64,000 nucleotides of DNA from Azolla caroliniana (GCA_043228905.1 JBHGNT010000004.1:8618001-8682000), one strand, 5' to 3'. Numbered from the stretch's first letter, positions 46,901 through 58,891 are shown. Numbers and translations are program-made. Notes: generated from the letters alone by a model not told the origin.

Positions 46901-49324
46901 GGCACCGCCAAGAGACTGATGCGGCATTGGGCCACAGACGTCCGAGTGGACTAAATCGAGAGGTCTCGTTTCTCTTGGTGCTGATGTCGGGTGTGATGCG
47001 GCTGCTTGTTTGCCATACTGGCAATGCTCGCAGAATTGATGGTCCGAGAAGGAGAGTTTGGGGATGTATCCGGCTCTAGATAGGTGCGTGATGCCGGCCT
47101 TGCTGAGGTGTCCTAACCTTCGGTGCCATAATGATGACACAGGAATATCCACCAAAAACAGGTTACCCTCTCTGAGCGTAACATGTAACGGATACAGTGA
47201 GTGTATCTTGGGTCCTCTAGCAAGCAGGAGGTTCCCCCTGTGGAGTGTCCACCCTCCCGAAGAAAAACCGGCACGAATGCCGTCTTCATCTAGTTGTCCG
47301 ACTGAGATCAATGGCCTTGTGAGCTCGGGTACATGTCGGACATTGTGGAGTACAAGTGCAGAGCCACCTGCAAGGTTGAGCTCCACTGTGCCGATTCCGA
47401 CGATGTCACAGTGTTGTGAGTTGCCGACTCGAACTGAGTCGGAGTGACGGATCGTATATTGCCGAAATTGGGATCGATGAGGAGTCACGTGAAATGACGC
47501 GCCCGAATCCAAGAGCCATGTGCTCGATTCTTCAGTCGTGAGTAGAACTTCTGATCCGACTGGATTTTCTATTGATAGTATATTCGGGTCGTCCGGTAGT
47601 ACATCAGCTGAGAAGCTGACGTAATTGATCTCCTCATGCCGGCCACTCTTCTTGTTGTTCTTGTTCTTGAGTGCGCGGCAGTCGGCTTTGATGTGTCCGG
47701 GTTTCTTGCAATAGTTGCAGATTCGGTTATCCCGTGACTGGCTCCGTCTTCGCTGATTGTTCGGCGGCCGTGAGGAATCTCTTCCTCGTATGTTCGATCG
47801 GTCTGTCGAACCTTGTACTACGTAAGCGTCGTCTGTTGAGTCTTTGGCGAAAGACTTTCTCCGAGCTGCTTCGGTCAGGATTGCGCTTGTGACTTCGGAG
47901 TATTTAACAGCCGTGGTTGACGCGTTGCACACGGTTGTGACGAAAGTTTCCCATGATGAGGGAAGGCTGCTCATGAGTATCATTGCTCTGAGTTCATCCT
48001 CGATTGCCGTCCCCTGTGACGAGATTTGGGAGCTTATGCTTTCGTACTCATTGAGGTGTGCTTGAACCGAGTCGGATTCTTTCATCCGCAAGTTGTAGAG
48101 GCGCCGGATTAGAAACATCTTCGTTGCGGCGACCTTCTTTTCGTAAGTGTCCGACAGTGTTTTCCACAGTTCGAATGCTGTCGTACACGATTGCACCGTA
48201 AAATATACCGATTCCGATAGGTGCATCCGAATCGTGGCGCGGACGATTCTGTCCAGCTTCTGCCACTCAATTGGTTTGTATCCTTCTGGAGGTTCTTCAT
48301 TTTCGATGGGATCGATTTGCCCCTTGACTATGAGATAGTCCTGCATTTGCTCCTTCCAGAAGTTAAAGTTCGATCCATCGAACTTTCGTAGACTCATTTC
48401 TGACGAGCCGGATGTTGATGCCATCAAATTTGGTATCAAATTTGGTTTCGGTTGACGAAGCTCGGTTCGGAGTTGACTACGAATCTTGTTGGAGTGCAGC
48501 CTGTTGGCTCACCCGATATCGTTCTAGTCGGATTTGAACCCGAGTCGGTTCGGCTTCGGATATATGTATTGTTGAACTTGCTCGAATTGACTCCGGTAAC
48601 TTGAGGGACAGAACCGACTGGTCTTCCCGAATGTCGCCGAGTCGGAGTGAGCCCGGTTCGCTTCGGATATATATGCCGAATACCGATTATTGAAACCGAT
48701 TATCTGGACCGATTCGGCTTCGGGTGACTGCAGCGACGAGAGAGACGGATCCGACTGATCCTCCCGAATGTCGATCAGCCAGATGAAGCACGAATTTGGG
48801 TTGTTGTCAAAGTTGCACAAGGGGATTTCACCTCGAGCGGTTACGATCACAAGGGACAGAGTACAACCTGCTGGCTTACTCCAAGCAAGGGGATCTAACG
48901 CGATGAGGTGCAAACCTCGTTTTCGTTCTTCTTCTCTCTTTCTTCGAATGACGCGAATACTGTGCAGGCCGTGATGAAGTGAAGAACCGAATGCTGTGCA
49001 GGCCGTGATGACGGCCGAACCTCTGCTCTGATACCAGATGTTGGAGACGAGGAAGGTCGTCTTTGCGGAAGATCAAGAAGCATTCGATTCTTGCTGAATA
49101 CCTGCGTATGACAGATTGTAGGTCGTGCACAGAGAGAGAGAGAGAGGGAGACACACAAAAGACTTCTTATTCCATAAAGCAATAATACAACATCCAACCT
49201 TACAAAAAGGTTGCAAGGTCACTATATATAGTGACCGACTTAGGGCAACTACCCTTTATGCTAATTACATAAATGGCCAAAACGAGATAGTGTGAATACG
49301 TCCATTATACACATGTATTCGACA
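43932..49324 (-). mobile_element. Intact, very young Ty1/copia element (5393 bp), TSD GAGCG
   Basis: 286-bp LTRs 43932-44217 and 49039-49324 with one mismatch seen; TSD at 43927-43931 and 49325-49329; iMet PBS 49025-49036; PPT 44218-44224. Confidence 0.97.
44411..48439 (-). CDS. Complete copia Gag-Pol polyprotein (gag, CCHC, PR, INT, RT, RH), Tnt1-like; likely ATG at 48424
   Basis: CNYCKKPGHIKADC, WLLDSGAS, WHRRLGH...CEHC, VHSDVCGP, RTDNGGEF, NGIAERMN, IYVDDM, YTDSDFAG, KHIDVRYHF. Confidence 0.97.
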   Translation of the reverse strand: MIPNLMASTSGSSEMSLRKFDGSNFNFWKEQMQDYLIVKGQIDPIENEEPPEGYKPIEWQKLDRIVRATIRMHLSESVYFTVQSCTTAFELWKTLSDTYEKKVAATKMFLIRRLYNLRMKESDSVQAHLNEYESISSQISSQGTAIEDELRAMILMSSLPSSWETFVTTVCNASTTAVKYSEVTSAILTEAARRKSFAKDSTDDAYVVQGSTDRSNIRGRDSSRPPNNQRRRSQSRDNRICNYCKKPGHIKADCRALKNKNNKKSGRHEEINYVSFSADVLPDDPNILSIENPVGSEVLLTTEESSTWLLDSGASFHVTPHRSQFRQYTIRHSDSVRVGNSQHCDIVGIGTVELNLAGGSALVLHNVRHVPELTRPLISVGQLDEDGIRAGFSSGGWTLHRGNLLLARGPKIHSLYPLHVTLREGNLFLVDIPVSSLWHRRLGHLSKAGITHLSRAGYIPKLSFSDHQFCEHCQYGKQAAASHPTSAPRETRPLDLVHSDVCGPMPHQSLGGASYFVSFIDDSTRKVWAYPIRTKDRVFSIFSDWLAMVENQTDRKLKCFRTDNGGEFKSEEFVKFCRQRGIRREFTAPHSPEQNGIAERMNRTIQERIVSMLQHSRLSDGFWAEALLTAVHIINMSPSRPLGLQIPQELWIGSKPNYDKLRIFGCEAYALIPKDDRRKLAPRSRKCIFLGYGSDGEMGYRLWDPERRQIVRSSDVVFNESAMNPSVEKPIEVRRVTFSDVPTLQEGPALNTRSASRVAEPYTPDSDSSDSAQPNDSLSDHPTSIPDATSPIIPRRSERLSQPPERYSPGIFFTDAGEPTSYEAASTSVDSATWHLAMESEMHSIRANKTWDLVELPRNRRALPCKWVYRLKETSDSTTPKYKARLVAKGFRQEYGVDFDEIFSPVVKMTTLRFLLGVVAADNLELIQLDVKTAFLHGDLEEEIYMEQPKGFVATGQEHLVCRLRKSLYGLKQAPRQWYKKFDDFIQSIGFSKSDEDHCLFTKPAQDGSPIFLIIYVDDMLISGRHAGELADLIRQLRLKFAMKDLGPARHILGMKISRHRDNRHLFLSQTDYIGRVLERFNMQSAKSASTPLPMNLRLSQRDCPTSGPEGEDMKSVPYAPAVGSLMYLMVATRPDISHVVGVVSRFMHNPGRSHWNAVKHVFRYLAGTKDHGILFGPDRTSGVVGYTDSDFAGCIDSRKSTTGYCFKFGNGAISWKSKLQECTATSTTEAEYVAASDAAKEALWLGRLAHTFRQVDHDSAPVVYSDSQGAVALSKNPVHHNASKHIDVRYHFVRDCVISGKIGLEKISTTDNVADGMTKCLSADRFRSLRHQMGVTTNQSG

Positions 49325-49329
49325 GAGCG

Positions 49330-49757
49330 GACAACCTCGACCGGATCCAGATCGGCTGAACAAGCCAGAGCCGAATCGAAGTCCAGAATGAAGAATTGAA
49401 TTGGTGTCCGAATGTTATCCGGAACCAGGAGCCGGATCGGATTGTAACTGGTAGGCTGTTAGAGGCCTACAAATCTAATCTAGTGCGTAGTCATATTTTT
49501 AGGAGTCAGGGTCAGCCGCTTGTATGAGCATTGATGTACTTTTTAGTACTTTTGTCAGTCCTCTTTAGGACTTCTATAAAAGTGCTCACAAAGCACATTG
49601 CATGTACAAAGTGTTATTATTTTTTAATTCAGTTTATGTTGTTTTGCTCTCTCTATCTCTCCCGTGTATTCAAGCTTTCCATTAAACCTCTGTTTTGTGT
49701 TTTGTTGTTATCCGGACTAACCGGTTTTGTCTTAGCTTCTGCATATTATCTTTTTCA
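49330..49757 (+). mobile_element. Remainder of the 3' LTR of the 41410-43931 copia element
   Basis: Continues after the TSD; shares tataaaagtgctcac...aagctttccattaaacct with LTR 29002-29416; ends in TTTTCA. Confidence 0.8.
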
Positions 49758-50125
49758 GGAAACAGGTCCCTCTAGATGGAAGAGGCATGACTCCTCCGGA
49801 TGGATCTACAACACAAGACGAATCAGATGGATCCAGAGCTGGACCGGTTCCGGAAGGTATCCAACCGGATCGGATGTGAACCCGGAAGAGAACATAGTTG
49901 TAAATATGTTCTACTACGCCTTTCAAGGCTACATCTATAAATAGCCCTAAAGTTGTATTAGTGTAAATACAACTAGGGCAATAACATTATAGTGTGTTGT
50001 TCAGAGGCTGTCATTGTACAAAATGAGTTGTAACTATGTGTAGAGCATGAGAGAGAGAGAGAGTGATAGATAGATAGACTATATTATCGTCTTCGGAGGT
50101 CGAATATGACCTATGAGACCAAATA
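49758..50125 (+). mobile_element. Truncated LTR of the copia group seen at 621-1394 and 25096-25632
   Basis: ggaaacaggtccctctagatgg matches the LTR start TGTTGGGAGACAGGTCCCTCCGGATGG minus its first bases. Confidence 0.6.
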
Positions 50126-50127
50126 TA

Positions 50128-50962
50128 TTACATTTCACGTGATACATGTGAAAATGAGTAGTGACTCTCAATGTTCAAGAACTTTACCAATGAATGTTGC
50201 AATCGAGAGTGCACATTGTGGTTGTGACAAGAATTCATGCAAGGATTGGGCTCGGTCGAAGAGATGTGGAAAGCATGGTCGAATATGATCAAAGGCAGAG
50301 CATTGTATAAAAGTGTGATACTCAAACTCGCAAACTTGTTTAGGGCAAAGTGTGCATAGCCGACCACTTTAGTCACTTGTGTCTTAACGCCCTGTCTCAC
50401 ATCACAATGCATGTGAGCTAAGTCGCATGGAAGCAATGGTTCGAATGGCAGATAACGGTATGGGCTCTAACATGTGTCGATGTGTACGATTTCCTTGTTC
50501 TGCAAAGAATATGGTTTTGTAGTTAGGTGCAACATGTGTAGCATAATGTGTGAAGCATGAGCCTCCACATTTATCCCATGTCAGGATACATTGGCATTGC
50601 AAAAAGGCCTCATTTATAGAGGAATCTAATGATGCATCATGAAGCAAGTGTCTCGCATCCCATCTACCAAACCATTTTTCTATATCTTGCATCCAACTGG
50701 AACACAAAATATTGCTTTTATGTGTCTTTTGGATCTTTTTGCTTGCTTCCTAGGAAATTCTAGGAAGTTGATGTGAGGGACTTTTTTGAACCTTAAGAAT
50801 GTATTTAACAACCCTTTCCATGGCCATGATCTCAATGGGAAGTGATCCCGTCTCAAGGAGGAGGGTGTAGGGAGTTTGTTTCTTAACTTGTAGAAACTTT
50901 GTAAGAAAATGTTTTTGGACATTTTCAAACTCTTTCCACATAGATTTAGGGATGCTACCATA
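50128..50962 (-). pseudogene. Non-LTR retrotransposon (LINE) ORF2 C-terminal remnant
   Basis: WKEFENVQKHFLTKFLQVKKQTPYTLLLETGSLPIE...; IASMRLSSHAL.CETG followed by a degenerate Cys/His motif; frameshifted. Confidence 0.7.
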
Positions 50963-51356
50963 TGTTACTCATAAGAATATACGGGGAGGCATAAGGGTAT
51001 GTGTAACGATGTGGTTGATGTGTATGTGTAAAGTAAATGAGTGTGTGAGGATGAGTATGTGTATGGACACATGCACAACTATGATCATGTGCACAAGAAT
51101 GCGTAACAGTCTTATTTATAACTGTCATGTAATCGTTACATTGGATGTATTATATAAACCCCCTCTAGGGTATGTAATGAATAAGTTTTTCCCCTCTCAT
51201 TTGGTGTCATTTTCTATTTGTCTTTCTCTCTCGCTCTCTCTCTAACTTAACCCCTTGGGAGAATGGCTTCACCCCCCACCCCAACAACACTTTTGGCATG
51301 CCTCAACGGCCAACCCTTCCTTGAGAAAGAAGTCTCTTATTGTCCCTCTTCAACAC

Positions 51357-51360
<4 letters not shown>

Positions 51361-51421
<61 letters not shown>
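51361..51421. repeat. (CT)30 microsatellite
   Basis: Uninterrupted CT run. Confidence 0.95.
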
Positions 51422-51424
<3 letters not shown>

Positions 51425-51959
51425 GTATCTCTGTGTTGTGTGTGTGTCTCTCTCCCCTAACTCATCGTTTCATTTTTGGGATGAAAACCCTAGACCCTCG
51501 AAAGAAGTAGTGAAGAAGAAACGCAGCAACAACCTGGAAGGAGAGGAAGGGAAATGGAAGAAGATGAAGAGGTAGAGCCTTTCTTAGAGTCTTGCACTAT
51601 TCTGAGGATGAAGATGAGACATGGCATCCTCCTTCTTTCAAATCCTCTTATCATGTTCATGCCATGATCCTCTTTTTCTCTGTCTCTGTTTCCCTTTTCT
51701 CTTGCTTTGCCAGAGAACGAATCTATCCATCCATCAATCCATCAATGGAAGGCTTCAATCATGAGGAGCACCAACCGAAATGGAAACAGAAGTAGGAGAA
51801 GCAATCTCCGCTCGACTTCTCCGTGATCACATGCTTCTCCTGATATCTGATCACAACTTCTCGGTTTTCATCTTCCCTTGGTATTAGCTTCCAGGGTGCT
51901 CTCAAGCTCGACCAATACATTTGCATTGGTCTCTCACACATCTCTGTCTACGTCGACCA

Positions 51960-53010
51960 TCCACAACCCGAATGATCGAGGGAAAGGTCCATGGAGCCCC
52001 AACGAAGACGCGGCTCTCCATCGACTAGTTGAGAAGTATGGAGATCGAAACTGGTCTCTAATAAGCAAAGGAATACCTAGTCGATCAGATCAGGCCATAA
52101 AAGCTCACGTGGGCTGCCATAGCTCGATTACTCCATGGTCGCATAGACAATGCTATCAAGAACCATTGGAACTCTACTCTTCATTGGTGTTGCCATACTT
52201 CCTCGTCTACCTTCTCAGTGAAGAAAATCTTGTGTTGTGTGAAGAAAACAATAGCTCTACTCCTTCTTCAGTGCTAAATAGAGAAAACTTTTCTCAAGCT
52301 TTAGCTTTCCATGAATAGAAAAAAAGAAGTTTCATGAAAGTAGAAGATGCAATGAGCCTCATCAGTACTGCCATTAAAGCTGCAGTTTCTCAGGTTCTTG
52401 CTCCCATTGTTCAACCACCACCTCGTCCTCATCATAATGGTAAGACCAATAATGATGATTGTAAAGAATATGTGTGCGGAAGCGTGTGCGTAAACACATA
52501 GTACACAGTTCGAAAATAAGACAGTTCGGTAAACTCAAGAAACACAAAGATGGAGATGGAGATGGAGAGACAAATAGAGAGTAGACAACTTAGTTCTATT
52601 TCAAAAATAATGACGCTCTATATATACATCGTGCTCAATGAGCACCTTTTATACAAGCCCTGACAGTTGAACTGACACAAGTACTGACAGTACTTGACTG
52701 CTCATAAATGAGCCTACTACACTAACTCCCAAAATTATTCCTTACGAGGAATACCATAATAACGGCCTCGCGGTTTACGCACCGCTACGGCTACGTTATG
52801 CGTACTGTTTCATGCACCTAGTCTACGCACTGGGTTACGCACCGTATTACGCACCCAATGTTGTTCTTCTCACTAGACAATGATGAAAATTACAAGAACA
52901 ACGATGATGGCGGTCTTCTTTGTGCATCTAATTGTAATGGATCTAGTCTAAATGAAGGTTTAATGGCGGCAATGAAGGAAATGGTAGCAAAGGAAGTTCA
53001 CACATGTATG
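51960..53010 (+). pseudogene. R2R3-MYB subgroup-22-like (MYB44/73/77 type) pseudogene with internal deletions and a solo-LTR insertion
   Basis: DRGKGPWSPNEDAALHRLVEKYGDRNWSLISKGIPSRS; [24 protein letters not shown] in another frame (52110-52181); C-terminal LMAAMKEMVAKEVHTCM resembles the subgroup-22 motif. Confidence 0.85.
52460..52879 (-). mobile_element. Solo LTR with 5-bp TSD ATGAT
   Basis: TG...CA ends; ATGAT at 52455-52459 and 52880-52884; reverse complement resembles LTR 29002-29416. Confidence 0.9.
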
Positions 53011-53874
53011 GCCACCTGTTTTGTGCCGTTTCATGGCTATCCTAATGGTGTTGGTGTTCATCATCATCAAAACCAAGCCCTCATACTAAATCATATGAGG
53101 CATCTACACCTCAATCCAGAAAGAAGAGCATATTATGCTCATCAACGGATATTAGCAGAGCCCTCATGAGCAACAACTCCATCATCACCATTACAACTAT
53201 CTCCAACAATAATTGCATCCATTCTCGGGAGCAATACTCCTAGCATCAATGGCAGGGACAATTACAACATCTTCAACAAAATAGTCCATGAGATCAGCGC
53301 CACAATCGATGTTGCTACCGCCGCCGCAATCCGCTAGAAGTGAAAGGCGAGAATATGAATGGAAGCAAGAAGACAGGGGCATTCAAAAAGCGCAAGGCAG
53401 ATCGCAAAATTTCAAATTTTGGAGGGCATCAAAACCGAATTTCAGAAGATTGAGGGCAGATGACGGAATTTCAAAAGCTGGAGAGCATGAGACCAAATTT
53501 CAAAAATTGGAGGGTAGAAGGGAAAATTTTGAAGATTCAAGGGCATAAAATAAACAATAAAAACTTGAGGGAAAATTTTGAAAGACCAAAGAGTGAAAAA
53601 TATAAAACTCACTCCACATGATGAAAGAAAGAATACACAAATGCACAACACGATTTCACGACCCATGCCATAGTGAACTAGCCGATTGGTGTATGATCCA
53701 ATTGTGATTTGTGCTAACCGAACAAGAAGGTTCGAGTCAAGCAAAGCTTCAATCGAAGTTATCGATCGTAGAGCAGTGATCGGGTCGAGGGATTTTTGAC
53801 CGTTAAGACGACTGATGGAGTTCCGGTCGAGAAGAGTTGCCATGAAGAGTGGGTTCACCGTGTAATGCACTGTT

Positions 53875-54041
53875 GCATAGGTGTGCCATGTGTTACTTGT
53901 TATCTTTTAGGTTGGACAAGTCCTAACACAGGCTGTCCCTATGGAACACTTCACCAAAGGGTGATACAGTGACATATGGATGGATCGTGGTATCAAATGT
54001 TAATGATCGTAACACACGCATTGTCGTAACACACTTAATTA
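53875..54041 (-). mobile_element. Partial LTR and PBS-like site related to the gypsy LTR at 10362-10709
   Basis: tgtgttact...ggacaagtcctaacacaggctgtcc...caccaaagggtg versus tgtgttatt...ggacaacagcctaacacagggtgtcc...caccaaagggtg; TGGCACAC adjacent on minus. Confidence 0.55.
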
Positions 54042-54435
54042 TGTCGTGAAGATCTGTCACTACGCACGGATTGTGAGGCGAAACCGTCTGGGTTCTGGAC
54101 CAGAAGGATTTAGAGTCGATACAAGCTTTGGCGAGAAAGTACTTAAGATAGATTGGGAAAGAGAGAAGTTGAGATTACACGATCAATTTGATAACGAATT
54201 TCTTCCTCTTAATTTTCATAAAAAAAACCGTGTTTTTTCTCCTCCCCCTTCCCTCTTTAATAGATGCTCTCATGCATATGATGCATGTGAGGGTACAAGA
54301 CATGCATAAATTGCATGTTTTCCATTTGGCGCTTAAGTATTACATGTGGTGCATGCTAACCATGTCACTCATTTTAGCTCTCATGTATGAGAATTTACAT
54401 GTAAAAGTACAATGATAGAAATATAATTTCAACTA

Positions 54436-54510
54436 AATAGCATGGCTTAATGGTAAGCCAATTGACTCCTAACTTGGAGGTGCAAGGTTTGAATCCATAC
54501 TTGCCCTCCT
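54436..54510 (+). promoter_or_regulatory. tRNA-derived Pol III cassette in the second copy of the LTR (antisense to the element)
   Basis: A box TGGCTTAATGG 54443-54453, B box GGTTTGAATCC 54486-54496, 32-nt spacing. Confidence 0.7.
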
Positions 54511-55149
54511 TGTATATGTAAATATGTATATATATTTATATATTTATTTATCTAGTCGCCGGATGCCGTCGGTCGCCGGATACCGGTGCTGCCGCCGGAT
54601 GCCGTTGGTTACCGGTGCCGGATGCCGGATGCCGTCGGTTACTGGTGCCTCACCGGATACCGGTGCCGGATGCCGTCGGATCACCGTCTCCATCGCCGGT
54701 CTGGTTTTGGTTGGCCAAAACCCTTTACGAGTAGCTAGCCACCTCCACTCTTAGTTCAAGTTACCTTGACTCTCTATGCTCCACACATAGACACAAAGAT
54801 AATATCTTTTGCTCCACCTTATATATGATGAGAGCCGTATTTGTCGTGCCTATGTGGGATATCTCACAATTTTCTCTTTTCTTTTCACAAACTTTATACC
54901 CTCATATCTTGACATTTAGTTGTCCATTTCTCGTGTAATAAAGTGCATTCGAAATCTCCATCATTTTGTACTTAGATATTAAAAATGTTATCTTCACAAT
55001 TATTGTATTACGTGATTCATACTCGATTTCGTACGTTTTATGGGATTTTCACACTATTGCCGAAAATCTTCACGACATCCACCCCCACCAAACCGCACGT
55101 CCTCCGGTACGTGCCAAGAAGAGAAGAAGTGAGATTTCGGCTACGATGA

Positions 55150-58100
55150 TCAATTAGATTCCTCCATCTCTTCATTTTCATCCGGCCTATTATGTTCATC
55201 GTCGAGGTAATCGAGGTCAGGATCCTTGTCTTGTCTTTTCTTGAAAAGCTTTACTCTTTTTCCCGCAATGGGTATGGCCAACCTTGATCCGTCTAGTTCT
55301 GCAAGGTGGTATGTGGCATTATCGTTGGCACTTGTCACCACATACGGCCCGAACCATCTTCTTGCGAACTTCCTTGTTGTACTATGTTGATTGTCAAGGG
55401 TGCTGTCGTAAACCAAAACCCAATCCCCTTCTTCAATCTTCTTGGGACGAAGTCGATGCGTGTTGTCGAACCGAACTTTGTTCTTTACTCGGGCTGCCTT
55501 CATCATCTTTCGCGCTTTTTCTAAATCTTCAGGTCTTCTTTCAAGTTGCCTTATCCGCGCCGCTAATAACTCTTCTTGGCTCATCTCGTTCTCCCACGGT
55601 ATCGCTACCCATGAGGCGATCGTCCTTTCGATGGGCATAATCGGCTTTTGTCCATACATAAGCTCCGTCGGCATATACCCTGTCACCGAGCTATGTGTCG
55701 TTCTATCGGCCCACAAGGCATAGGGTAATAGTCGTGGCCAATTCACGACTCGACTGTTGCATGCCCGTATGATGGCTTTAACGATAGGTCCATGCCCTCG
55801 CTCGATCTTCCCATTTCTTCCGGATTGTAGGCAGTCGTGAGGGAGAGCTTCACGCCTAGTCTTTCGAAGAGCTCCGTCGCTTCATGCGCGTCCAACTCCC
55901 CTCGGTCGGCCACTATCTTCCCTACACATCCATATCGGCAAACAACATCTTCAAGTAAAAATTTACAAACGGCTGAAGTCGTCTTATTTGTCAAGGCTCG
56001 TCCTTCCACTTGATTTGTCAAGTCTTCCCTTGCGAGCGCTAAGTACTTCATTTGTCCCACTCCCATTGGCATTGAGACCAGATCCACCATCCATTTGAAG
56101 TGAATGGTGAGTGGGTATGTCGGCTTTAACTCATCACGATGACGTATATTTGAATATATTTGGCAAGTTTCACATGTGGACACGAAATGAATATATTTGG
56201 CAACATCTTCAAGTAAAAATTTACAAACGGCTGAAGTCGTCTTATTTGTCAAGGCTCGTCCTTCCACTTGATTTGTCAAGTCTTCCCTTGCGAGCGCTAA
56301 GTACTTCATTTGTCCCACTCCCATTGGCATTGAGACCAGATCCACCATCCATTTGAAGTGAATGGTGAGTGGGTATGTCGGCTTTAACTCATCACGATGA
56401 CGTATATTTGAATATATTTGGCAAGTTTCACATGTGGACACGAAATGGAGTACATCTTTGTACATGCTTGGCCACCAATACTTCTCCTTCAATTTTTCGA
56501 ACGTCGCCCATGTTCCTCTATGACCTGCCCAAGCACTCTCGTGGAATTCGGTCATCAGCGTCTCTTGCTCTTCTTTCTTTACCACCACTCGACGTGGTAT
56601 TCCTGTCCTTCTTTTTGGGTGTCGCCAAAGGAATCCTCCCTTCAAGAAGTATCGATAAGCTTTCTTTCGGATTCGTAGGGCCTCCTCCTTTGTCAACGAA
56701 GCATCTGTCGTCAATGTTCTTAGGAATCTACCGATGAGTAACCATTCTCCTTCGTACTCGTTCTCGTTGAAGGCGTGGAGGGTTTGCGTGTCCTGGTCTT
56801 CCGCTGACAATTGAGCCATCTTGAAGAAGTTGAGGGCGACATCTTCATCTTCCGAAACTATGTTACTTCCATTTGAAAATCTTGCCCTCGACAGCATGTC
56901 AGCCATGGCGTTCTTCTTCCCTGCGATGTGACGGATCTCTGGGTTTAAAGACTTGATGTAGGCGATCCACCTTAGCATAGCAAGATCTGGGGTCGCACAT
57001 CCCGAGACCATTCCGAGAATTGGGAGACAATCTGTCTCTATTATCACTTATGACCCGATCAGGTAATCTTTGTCCGTCTTCACTGCCGACACAATACCCC
57101 AAAGTTCCCGCTTGACTTGGGCATACCTTTGTTGCCGTTCGCTGAGAACCTTTGCTCCGAACCGGACGGCATATCGCGCATTATCTTCACCTTCTTGATT
57201 GATGACCCACCCGATTCCGGTTGGGCTCGTATCTACGGTCACGTAAATTGGTTTCCCTTTGGCATAGTCGGCCTTCCTTAGTGCCGGAGCTTCAAGAAGC
57301 AGTTTCTTTAATCTTCGCATCGCCTCTGTGTGCTCATCTCGCCATTCGAACTTTATTCTTTTCTTTAGTAGTCCATATAACGGTTCGGCGACATGAGCGT
57401 AGTGAGGAATCCATATATGATAAAATGCGCACGCTCCAAGGAACCTTCGAACCTCCGTTTGGTTTTCGCATTCTTCTTTCATGTCTTGGATTGCGTTCAC
57501 TTTGGATGGCGAGGGCTTCTGGCCGTATGCTCCACACAAGTGACCTACCACCAAGATCTCCGGTTGCCCGAATGCGGATTTTTCTCCCGAAAATGTCAAA
57601 TTCGCATCTTCGAGCCTTTGAAGCACCTTCTCGCAATCTTTCATATGATCCGCAACGAACTTTCTACAACCTTCCTTATCTTTCAATTCATCTTTCTCCT
57701 CATCCGAACATCCTTTTATCGGAATATCATCCAAGAATGGCATCGTGATGTCCGGAATGCAATCCTTCAAGACTTTATTCATGGCATTCACCATATGAGC
57801 CACCGAGTTCGTTGCGCCTTGGGGTAAGGTACACATCCGCACAAGCCCGATCGGAGTCCTCATGGTTGTAATGTCCCGACTGTCGATCGCCAATTGGAAT
57901 TGGTCATATCCGGAGTAGAGATCGCCAATGGAGTAGATGGACCGGCCCGCAAACGCTTCGGCAAATTCGTCCACGCTCGGACCGATTCCGGCATTTCGAA
58001 TTGTCACCTTGTTGACGGGTTGAAGATCTTGGATGAATCGCAATGATCCATTCTTCTTCGGCACCGTGAACCACCTATTGGAATAAGGAGCATTCGACGG

Positions 58101-58817
58101 TTCTAGAATTCCCATACTCACCTTCTCCTTTAAGAGCTCGATCAGCTTCGGAAGGTGTGCTCTCGGAACCGGTATCGGTTTCAAATTCCAAGGCACATGA
58201 GGCACCGTGAAGATCACCATTGGCTCTATAACCTTTGGGTCGGCGCATCCGATTTCTCGTGGGAAGAATGCGAAAGCCTTCCCATGTCTCTCAAGCATAT
58301 CGCGAAACATTCGCTCCTCTTCAGGGAGAAGGAAATCCTCCTTTCCAACTCGTAGCTTCCCCTTCGTCTCTTTGGTGAAGTCATGACCTATCTTCTTCGG
58401 ATCTCTTAAGCTTGGATCGTTAGCGACTTCCTTCATCTTTTGCCAGCTATCTTCCGGTAGCGGAACCGCAACTGGCTTGATCTTCTTATCCACCGTTTTA
58501 TATTTCGTGTTGATGTCAGCTTCCTTCATCGAGATGCCACGACGGTATTCATCGATGATAGCGTACATGTTGACTGAGTTAACCGAAATCACGCATTGGT
58601 TGTGAAGATAGCTCAAGTCCACGACGTCCTCGATTTCGCCGATGGTGTCGTTAAATGAGGCTTCTTCCATAATATGAGTCACGAACTCCCCTTCTTCTAT
58701 TATGTTCTCTTCTTTCAGCATCTTCTCGAATTCTTGTATCCGGTGCTTGTGCTTCTTGTCGGGTAGTACTAGTTTACATGCGCCACTAGGTGTGACACAT
58801 GTTGCTTCTCCTTGCAA
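55150..58817 (-). pseudogene. Gypsy pol (RT, RH, INT) with one stop, one frameshift and an in-frame 258-bp duplication
   Basis: ORFs of 589, 434 and 198 aa are collinear; HFVSTCETCQ...KFLLEDV occurs twice. Confidence 0.9.
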
Positions 58818-58891
58818 TCCACGCGCTCTTCTTTCTTGTGGGGTCTTGTGATTGCTCTGACTATTTGTGCCCCATGCTTCAATAGTCCGCT

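Noticed and set aside
50963-51250. Solo LTR next to the LINE remnant
   Set aside because: It has a TG start, TATA and CT tract but no clear CA end, TSD or second copy in the window.
51878-52318. Intact MYB gene
   Set aside because: The R2 C-terminal half and R3 start are deleted, R3 is frameshifted, and a solo LTR interrupts the 3' part.
27118-55184. One giant element bounded by ~1.2-kb terminal inverted repeats
   Set aside because: Both arms are PPT+LTR 3' ends of the same gypsy family in opposite orientation, with no shared TSD.
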